The notes beneath the pieces were generated by a model, which did no database searches, had not been told where the DNA came from, and saw only the letters and a program-made list of their open reading frames with translations. A program made the translations under genes and the position numbers. A DNA stretch of 64,000 nucleotides. It comes from a virus (Duplodnaviria; Caudoviricetes). The stretch covers positions 1,191-65,190 of IMG/VR virus record IMGVR_UViG_3300034122_000625. One strand, given 5' to 3'. Positions 39,040 through 48,400 of the stretch are shown in pieces (the first letter of the stretch is position 1; each line of letters begins with the position of its first letter).

Positions 39040-40046
39040 CATACGCATTCTCTACGTCTGGAAATTTTTGGAAGACGCGGTACAGCTTTGAACCAGACTG
39101 TTATGGCGCCTCTGAAAATTACTTTGTCTCTTTTCTGCCAAAAGCATTGACTGGCGCTACAGGCGCTGACTTGTGTTGGATTCACAATACCAACCAGACA
39201 AGAAACAGTTTCTACGGGGACCTGTACCCAAGCACCATATCTGTGGTGTCAAACGAAAACCCGTCCGCAGAGAAGGCTTACAGAGCGCTGTCTATAGAGT
39301 CGAATCAGAATGTGTTTAAGGCTAAAGTGTCAACCAACCTTGACCTACCAGATTCGTCTGTAACTAAGCCTCAGACGGCAGAGGTGAGGTCTTTTGATGC
39401 AAGGGAGGAGGCACTGTATGCGGCAATAGGGCCATCTAAGACGAACTCGAAGAAGAACGTAAAAGTTATTGGCTCCATAGCTGCGCTTACCCCATTTAGT
39501 TTTGGAATCAGCAGTGTCGGTCTTTCTAATGACAATGGATACACCAACATTCCGACTTCATCTCCGGTTCGCCCGTTCGTTATACGAATAAACGCACTTG
39601 ATTCTAATGAAGTTAGCTTAAACAATGCCGCTGTAGCGTTTGAACTGGGGAACTCCTCTACAAGTAATTATGGTTTTTATTACTTCAAATATACTAATGG
39701 GGCGTGGGTTCAAATACCCTTTAATGCTGAAGATTGCTATGAGGAGTCATCTTTTAGGGTTGCATCCTTCAGGAGCAATCCGGGGGTTGCATTAGGAACA
39801 TTCTTGACCTTAATGTACCCGGGTTCTATCAATCCAATATCCCAATCGACAAATCCCCTAACGCCGTTTATCTCGCAAGCGGGCCAAAGAAGAATTATAG
39901 CTGTGTACGACCCCGAGTTAGATGGTGACCCCATTAGAGGCAGGTACGCTCGTATAGACATAGAAACGCAGGCTGACGGTAAGCCATTCGAGTTATTGGC
40001 TGTTAATACAGAATACTCGATGTCAAACCTTGATGCCTCAAAATGA
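39036..40046 (+). CDS. tail muzzle/stabilisation protein, C-terminal part as a separate gene
   Basis: W...YSF.P...W.HN....RN.FYG...N.NPS..K....SIES...RGRYA...FEL.AVN. Confidence 0.7.
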   Translation: MTYAFSTSGNFWKTRYSFEPDCYGASENYFVSFLPKALTGATGADLCWIHNTNQTRNSFYGDLYPSTISVVSNENPSAEKAYRALSIESNQNVFKAKVSTNLDLPDSSVTKPQTAEVRSFDAREEALYAAIGPSKTNSKKNVKVIGSIAALTPFSFGISSVGLSNDNGYTNIPTSSPVRPFVIRINALDSNEVSLNNAAVAFELGNSSTSNYGFYYFKYTNGAWVQIPFNAEDCYEESSFRVASFRSNPGVALGTFLTLMYPGSINPISQSTNPLTPFISQAGQRRIIAVYDPELDGDPIRGRYARIDIETQADGKPFELLAVNTEYSMSNLDASK

Positions 40047-40059
40047 TTAAATTTGTAAG

Positions 40060-41007
40060 ATGGCTACAGGTTCATTCGACTGGAGTTCATTCCTAAGCGG
40101 ATACTCCCCAAACATAGGTGGTACTGGTCAGTACGGCCAAGCCATCCCCGGTATGCTTCCCGGTGGGGGTGCCATCGGCGGTGTGGCCGGAATAGCTGGT
40201 GGAATCCTTGACCTCGTCAGCTTTAACAAGCGGATGAAGGAGCAGCAAACTGGGCTTGAAGGTGCCAAGGCTGACCTCAGTAAGATTAGAGGCGACTTTG
40301 CAAGCGGCCTTTACAACCAGCAAGTTAGTCAGGCTCAGAGGGACTTGGCTATGGCTGGCATCAGGCCCACAGACACCTCGGGTATACAGTCTTCTGCTGC
40401 TACAGCTCTTCAGGCTGCATCGATGGACCCACGTGTCCTCGGCGGACTTCTCGGTAATATGCAGAGAACGACAGCACAACAGATGCAGCAGCAACAGCAG
40501 CAGGATGTGCAGAGGGAGATTGAGTCTCGCAAGGGGCTTGCGAATCTCGAGCAGGACGTCCTCTCGCAAAACATAGGCCTCAAGCAGCAGATGGGGATGA
40601 TGGGGATGTCTGAGGCTATGCAGGCAAGAAATCAGGCCCTGCAAAACATAGAACAGCTTAAGGCTAATAAGCGTGACGCCTTGGCGAATATAATTGGTGG
40701 TGCCGCAAACATAGCGTCATCCGCCTTTGCGTTGCCGACGGCTGAAGAGGGCGCCAAGGTTAAGAAGACTCCGGGTGAGTTTAGCCACGCCACCAACCCC
40801 ATACATATGCTTAAAGATGGCATGAAGATAGGGGAGATGACTGGTGGTGAGTACATCATCAATCCTGAGCAGGCGGATGAGATAGAGGATGTGTACGAAG
40901 AAATTGCTGAGAAGCAGGCGGCAGGGAAGAAAATCTCTCGTCAAGAACTCATGATGCTGTATAAAGTTGTAAGAGGTGTGTTCTCACAGCCTCAATTCAA
41001 GGATTAA
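40060..41007 (+). CDS. ejection (cargo) protein
   Basis: Gly-rich hydrophobic segments, Q/M-rich coiled coil, GEFSH...E.TGGEYI. Confidence 0.65.
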   Translation: MATGSFDWSSFLSGYSPNIGGTGQYGQAIPGMLPGGGAIGGVAGIAGGILDLVSFNKRMKEQQTGLEGAKADLSKIRGDFASGLYNQQVSQAQRDLAMAGIRPTDTSGIQSSAATALQAASMDPRVLGGLLGNMQRTTAQQMQQQQQQDVQREIESRKGLANLEQDVLSQNIGLKQQMGMMGMSEAMQARNQALQNIEQLKANKRDALANIIGGAANIASSAFALPTAEEGAKVKKTPGEFSHATNPIHMLKDGMKIGEMTGGEYIINPEQADEIEDVYEEIAEKQAAGKKISRQELMMLYKVVRGVFSQPQFKD

Positions 41008-41009
41008 AC

Positions 41010-42422
41010 ATGGCTGAATATCAAGGTTATATAGCTCCACTGGCTCAATCCCAGAGCTACTCTGATGCTCTTCAGGCTCGTATGGATGTCATACGACAGC
41101 AACAAATGCAGAATATGCAACTGTTGCTTGACGCTCAGAACAAGCGGGATGCTATGACGACTCAACAGCTTGAGAAGCTGTACAGCCTGCGTACCAATGG
41201 TTGGGGGGAGAAACCTATAGAGGCTTTTGCAGCACAGAGAGATAAGTTTGCTGAAAAACTAAAGACCAATCAGTATACTGACCAAGCATCGTTCTTGGCT
41301 GACTTAAGCAAACTTGCTGACACCCATGCTGCGTACTCGTCTCATTACGAGACCACAAATCCTGTAATAAGACAGACTCAGCAATACGTGGCTCAGCCGG
41401 GTTTATACCCAGACAAAACCATGAAGGTTACTGAGAATGTAGAGACACTTACTCAAAAGATGGGGCTACAGAGGAATCTCGGTATAAGTAGTTTTAGTGT
41501 TTCTGACGACGGAAGTATTCAGTATTTAGGTGCAGATAACAGACCGTTAGACATATCTGCCGCTATGAATCCTGCTACATATCTACCAAAGGTGGAACCA
41601 GTGTTTGTCCATCCAATGCAACTATCTAATGAATTTACAACCCTTTACCAAAAGGCATTAGAGAACGGAAAAACTGGTAACGCATTCATTGCAGATGTGC
41701 TCCCGAGTCTTACGACTAAAGTCATCGAAGACCCATCGTTATCGTCTTCAGCTCGAACATACTATGTGAGTGTTAATGGAACAGACACTATTCCATCAGA
41801 CGAAAAATCAGAAGGCGAAACCGATGAGCATTACTACGCCAGACACTATGCTGAGGCAGGGTTGGCTACATTTAGGAATACCAAAAAAACGTATGCCCCC
41901 ACGAGTGGCGGAGGCAGGACAAGTGCAACAACTGCCTCAACAAAACAACCGGCTATAATGGATGTAGGGGTGAGAAAAGGGGAGGGTCCTTCAAGGAGCT
42001 ATACAAATTTAGGTGCATTGGGGGGCTACGGCGGTAAACCAAACGAACAGTATTATCAATATAGTTTTCCGAGTGTTGTGTCCAAAGTGAACTTAGCTTC
42101 CTTCCTTGCTCCAGAAGCAAAAGCGGAGATAGGTGATGATTTGAGTTTTGACATTAAGACTTTACGCTTTACTGAGAACGGATATATGGTTCTTCCGAAT
42201 GTAAGTATAGGAGCTAAGCAAGTTGGCGACGTATACATAGGAGCAGACAGTCATGTTTATAGTGAAATAAGCGCCGCATTGAAAAAGGAATACGGTTACG
42301 ACATAACCCAATGGACTAACGGAAGTGTATACAGCGTTATACAAGGGCAAGCCTCTGGTGTTCCTCAAACCACTCAACCGGGTGCAGGTACAGTTATAAA
42401 ATTCAACGCAATTGTACAATGA
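41010..42422 (+). CDS. putative ejection (cargo) protein
   Basis: Position between cargo genes; helical N-terminus. Confidence 0.55.
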   Translation: MAEYQGYIAPLAQSQSYSDALQARMDVIRQQQMQNMQLLLDAQNKRDAMTTQQLEKLYSLRTNGWGEKPIEAFAAQRDKFAEKLKTNQYTDQASFLADLSKLADTHAAYSSHYETTNPVIRQTQQYVAQPGLYPDKTMKVTENVETLTQKMGLQRNLGISSFSVSDDGSIQYLGADNRPLDISAAMNPATYLPKVEPVFVHPMQLSNEFTTLYQKALENGKTGNAFIADVLPSLTTKVIEDPSLSSSARTYYVSVNGTDTIPSDEKSEGETDEHYYARHYAEAGLATFRNTKKTYAPTSGGGRTSATTASTKQPAIMDVGVRKGEGPSRSYTNLGALGGYGGKPNEQYYQYSFPSVVSKVNLASFLAPEAKAEIGDDLSFDIKTLRFTENGYMVLPNVSIGAKQVGDVYIGADSHVYSEISAALKKEYGYDITQWTNGSVYSVIQGQASGVPQTTQPGAGTVIKFNAIVQ

Positions 42423-45400
42423 ACGAAAATTATCAACAGCTATACGGATACCTGTCCCAAAATGGGTTGACAGACCTTAGTTCCGATGAGTTTTATAATT
42501 CGTACTCGTCCAATAAAGCGAATTTCAATCAACTATACGCATATCTGGCGGAGAACAAGATGACAGACTTGGGGGCGGACGACTTCTACGCCGCATACTT
42601 CGAGCCCCCTGCTGGTGCGAAAAAAAAAAGTCAATCTTCTCCGTCATATACTCCACCTTCGAGAGGGTACTTGCCGGGTGATGAGCTCGTTCGTCAGATA
42701 GCAGAGGCTCCTTCTGAGCCTGTATACCCTAACGTTCGTAGGGCTCAAGTGGTTCGTCAGATGCTTGAGAACACCACCCTGCTTGACGTAGACCAAAATG
42801 TGCTTCAGTCTTATGGACTTGACGAGTCTGACTGGAGAACGGCACAGGTGGCTTACGCCCTTGATAACACAGAGCAAGACGTTCAGGTAGCCTCTCAGGC
42901 TATTCAAGACAGGAGTTATGAGCAGGCTTTGGCTGAGGCCAAGTTGAAGGCTCAGGAGGCGTTTATCCCTCAGTTGCTGAAGAATACGTTCCCTAACTCG
43001 CCGAATCTGTTCCGCGCTGCCGAGTGGTTGTTTGAGCCGCAATATGGGCCAATGGGGAATGCTACGGCAGACTTCATGCTCGAACTTGTAGACTCTTCTG
43101 TTAGAGCCGTAGCTGGAGGATTAACCACCAACGATGCAGCAACGGAGGCTTTTAATGTGTTTGCTGAGAAGGGTGTTGGCCTGTCCAGAGAGTCTACAGA
43201 CAGACTCTACAATGCTGTAACGGCGGCTCAGGGCTTTCAGGAGCGCTATGGACAGTCTGAGAGTATGTTGGAGTGGAGCGCTGAAATAGAGGAGGCTAAG
43301 AGGAATGGGGACAGCGAGCTGCTTGCAGCCCTGTTTGCTACAGCTAAGAACCCTATGGTTCTCCCTGAGATTATGGTGAACTCATACGCCAGTGTATTTA
43401 ACAAGGCCTCTATCGCTGCTGCGGCTACTACTACAGGTGGATTTATAGCCGGTGGTGCCGGTGCCGGTGCTGTTGGAGGGCCTGCGGGTGCAGCTGGGGG
43501 TGCCTTGGTGGGTGCAGCTTCAAGTGTGCCTTGGGCTATGGGTGCAGCCTTTACGGCTCTTGAGGTGGGTATGACATTCCCTGAACTTGTCAGGGCTGAG
43601 ATGGAGGAGCGCGGTATGGAGTTCAACAAGGAGAACTTCTACGCTGCACTGAATAACGACGAGATATATAACTCCGCTTTGGCTCGCTCTGCTGCTCGTG
43701 GTACAGCTATCGGTGTGGTGAGTGCTCTCGGCGCAAGAGCGGCGACACAGGTGTCTAAGAACCTCGCCAATAGAGGTATGAGCTCTGTAGGCAGAACGTT
43801 CTCTGTTGCACCTATAGAGATGGGGGCTGGTTTCAGTGGTGAGGTATTGGGTCAGGCGGCTGGTGGGCAGGAGATAGACCTTGCAGAAGCTACTATGGAG
43901 GGGCTTGCTGAGATAGGCATGGCCCCAGTTGCTGTAGCTGGTGCATACGCTGAGGACTTGGCGGCTAAGAAGCCGAAGTACAAGGTCGGCACGAATACCG
44001 TTGGTAGAGAGGAGATAGAGCGTGTGGTTACGGCAGCAACTCCTGAGGAGTTGAAGCAGATGTCGCTGACGGTAGAGAATGATAGTGAAATGGAAGCTCT
44101 TATCGACGATAAGATGTTCCGCTCAGAGATTGCTGACAGAGTTCCAGAGACGCTTGGCTCTGAGGACAGAAGACGCATCATCAACCTTGAGGCAGAGAAG
44201 AGACAGATTCAGAACAGAAAGACTGACTCCTTCACGGGCACTGAGGGTGCTATGGCTATAGCTGGCAAGGAGCGTGTTGCTCAGATAGACGAGGAGATTT
44301 ATGGCATCATGAATCCAGCCCCAGAGCCTCTGCAACCTATTACTCTGGACATTGAGCCCATCGCAACGCCTGAGATAGTCACCGAGCCTGCCCCCACATT
44401 AGAGCCTGTCTTTGTGGCCGACTTGGTCAATAGACCTGTTACACTTACCTCTCACAACGGAACACTGCTTGAGACTCCTGTGCAGGGTGACCTGTATGTA
44501 GATGGACAGACTGTAGTTGTTGAATCGGCAGACAGGATATACGAGATTGGCAATGTGTCTGAACTTAATGAGCAGGACTCAAGGGCCTTGGGTATAGAGC
44601 CTCAGGTGGAGACTGTTGTCGTTCAGGCTGATGAGTCTCTGGTCATCGAGAATGAAGAGTTCTTGATTCAGAGAGACCTCCCCACGATGGGTATAGACTA
44701 CGATGCCGATGGTAACGTCACAAGGGTTAGCCTTGAGAGTAAGAAAGACGGCTCGAAGAAAATGTTCTCTGGTCAAACGGCTATCGACGCAGCATATCAG
44801 ATACTTTTGTCCAAAGCCGAGTCACCAGAACAGATTGACCGTATAGACAAGATACTTGAACAAGATGAAGAATACAAAAGACTCCACGACGAGTACGTCG
44901 CCAAAAAGCTCGCAGAGCGGGATGAAAAACCTCGAGAAGCTGCGGCAGCTCCCCAAGCAAGACCAGATACGGATACTGGCGCGAGTGCTAAGCCAAGCGA
45001 ATCAAAACCAGTAGCCAAGCCTGAACCTAAGAAAACCCCTCCACTTAAAGAGAAGGAGGCGCCTCAGCCTAAGCCTGCCAACAAAGTTGTAGACAGATTG
45101 ACCCGTCTGTTGTCTATAGAGACAGACCCAGTTCGTATGTCCAGCCTTGTGGCTCAGTTGGAGCAGGCGGCAGCTATGGGTGTCGTGTTGCCTGAGAAAT
45201 CCGCCAAGGAGTTGAGAGAGGCAAAAGAACAGCTTGAGGCAGGTGGTTATGTCTCTGAGACGCCACAGGTAGGTTCTGACTATGACCCCAATACCACGGA
45301 TGAGGTTGTCATGGTTACGTCAACTGAACTGCCAGCAGGTCAGAAGAAGGTTGTATCTGTCACTCGTCCCAGAGTTACGCAAAACGGACGGGTGAAGCAG

Positions 45401-48400
45401 TCTGCCAAGTTGGTGGTTGCTGTAGGCACAGCCGACCCTACTGCGCTTTCTACAGGCAGGGCGCGTGGAGAGCTTGAAACCCTCAGCAATCCTCGAAACA
45501 CAAAACAGCTTCAGTCTACATACGAGAAACTGTGGGGTATGACCCCAGAGAAAGCAAAGGCGGCAGCAGCCATATCTGACAAGATGATTGGTACTATGGC
45601 CGCAAGGCACGGTATCAGCAAGAAGGATATGTACGCTCGCATTAAGTGGGTGAAGTCTAAGAGTGTGGATGCAAACGGCAACTCTGTCCCGGATACTGAC
45701 GGACCGGTAGTAAGGTTTCAGGCCAGAATAGAGGACAGTAAGCGAGGTATAACTATGCAGTTCTTTGCCGGTGGCCCCGAATTAGAGCAACGGAAGCAAG
45801 ATGGCAACCTTGATGACAATGCGCCACTATCTACTATATACGACAAAACTGGTGTCCTTTTTCATACCCCTGATAAGGCGGGTGGGTTTATTATATCTAA
45901 GGACGGAAAAAATATTGTAGAGGGACAGGGTGGTATGTACTTCCCTCTTCTCCCGGGTTTCTTTGAAAACAGATACTTCTGGGCTTCCACAGAAGGCGCG
46001 GCTAATGGAATGGCTGATTCCCTTAATCGGGCCGCTCAGATGTCTAAGGACGGAAAGGTTAGGATGGTGCTGGTGAGCACAAACTTAAACAAGTTGTCTG
46101 GGGGTTCTGGTATAAACCAAGGGTTGGTGCGTATGCTTCAATCTTTTATGGAAGATAAGAAGTTTCCGCTTCTCCAGTCGGACGTGAAGTCCATTTTGAT
46201 TGCAGCAAACGCAGCCCTTGGAAGGCCTCCAGCAGGAAAACCGGATGGCCCCAGAGCTGTTTTGAATGCTGACGTAAAAGGAAGCATGAATGTAAAGCAG
46301 ATAATTGATGTAATCTTAGATAAACTGTCTCCAGAAAGTAGTTCTTTTCCAGACAGATGGGCGTTTTTTGAAGGTGTTGCTATGGGTTTAAGCAAAGTTG
46401 CCTCAGAAGACCCTAAAAAAAAGAAGGCCATTGTGGAGCTGTTGAACACCATCTCAGGTCTTGAGGAGTGGGGCCCAAAGAAAAATCCAAAGAAGAAGCT
46501 GTTTAAGAAAGACGTTCTGGTGGCCCTTCACTCAGCGTTTTCTGAACCTGTCTTAAGAGTAGTAGGCGACTCGTTGGATACAGACAAGAAACTGGGGACA
46601 AACAATGAAAGGGTGTATGCTGTTATAGAGGCCGATGTAAATCCAGATGACCCAGCAAACACCTTCGAAGCTATATCACCAAAATACGAGGGTCTTCCAG
46701 AGCACGCATCATATCCTCGCGTAATAAGGCTTGTCAATCAAGACGCCAGAACTACCGTTCGCATTCTTAACGAAAGGGCTCCTTGGTATAACTTAGCCAT
46801 AAATCCAGCTACAGGCAGGACGCCTGAGGAAAACGAAAGGCTGAAGATATTCCCGTTTGGATTCACAAATAATCCGCTGTCTACTACATCCATATCGGAA
46901 GACCCGACGGATGTAAATCTGATTCCTCTGACGTCCTCTGCAATTGATACTAAGGCTGTTACAAAAAATACAAAGGCAGAGGTTGACAGAATAAAGGGGT
47001 TGCCTGAGAATGAAGAGGATGGGGCTACGTTTAATAATGACGGAACTAAGCTGGAGTTGGCTCAGGGCGCTATTGTGCCTGTTGCATCATTTAACACTAC
47101 GCAGGAGGAACTTACTCCTGAGATGATTTCTGAGTTCTTAGATTCTATGAGAGGTGTGTTTTCTACTCAGACCGTAAGGTTTGGGTTGTACAAGTTCCCT
47201 GACTCCACCAAGGTTTCCATAGACATAAACATTGTAGTTGACGAAAACAACAGAGACGAGGCTATAAAGTTTGCCAGATACGCTGGTCAAAAGTCTGTGT
47301 TTTTTATGTCAGACTTCAGTACGGCTGAAACCGGGGCAAGCGGAAAAAACCCCAAGACCTTTAGCATAGAACAGTACGCCGAGATTGCTCGCAGGCTTGA
47401 AGACGGCACAATAGACACGTTTATTCAGGGCAACAACCCGTACTCGCTTCCAGAAGAAATTTCAGATGTTCTTACAGATGACGGCAATGGCAATTACGTC
47501 TTTAGGCACTACTCAGAGGAAAGGCGAGATGTCATCAAGCCCGGCTCCGGACAAAACATTAGGACTTCGAGAGATGAGGCATCTGCAATAGGTTCTGTTG
47601 GCGGGCTGGCAATGTACTACGTTGACGATTCAAGAGACGTGGGTGGCAATGTGCCTCATATAGTAAAAGTCCCTAAGGATAAGGTTTACTACTACAATGA
47701 AGACGCCTTAGACTTTTTTTCTGAAGCAAAAAAGAGGTATAGCGAAAGGACTGGGCTTAGGAATTTCTTGAATTACAATCAAGAGCTCGCTTGGATTACA
47801 AAGGTTGCTAATGAGAGAGGCTTTGAGATGGTAATCAGTGAGTGGAGTGTTGGTAATGCCAAGCTAAGGGCTCAGACCACCATGACTCTTGAGCCTATCG
47901 AGGGCGACTTTGAAATGAACTCCAACAAGAGGACGCCGCCAAACATCGTAAAGGGCGACAACATATTGATAGATGGCTACAGATACGTTGTCGTCAATTC
48001 ACAAATCATTAACGGTCGGCGTGAGATAGAGTACACCAACACCAGTCTAAGTAACACACAGAAACAGTTTGTGGACCTGATGGTTGATGGAAATGGGAAT
48101 CCCAACGTCACCCGCAATAGATTTACCTACGAAGTCATAGACGCCAACGGCAATGTCGTTCGTCAAAACAAGGGTCAAGTTTACTTCCAAGACCAACGCG
48201 CTGCTATTGTTATGAGCGGCACAGAGGCTGTTATTCACGCTATCTCCAACCCAGACGTAACTTCCCCTCTCCACGAACTTGCTCACCTGTATGAGCAGGT
48301 ATTGACTGACGAGGAGAGACAACAGATTCTCGATTGGACAGGGCAAGAGCAATGGAATGGTGATACGTCAGAAGCTTTTGCCGAAGGATTCGAGAAGTTC

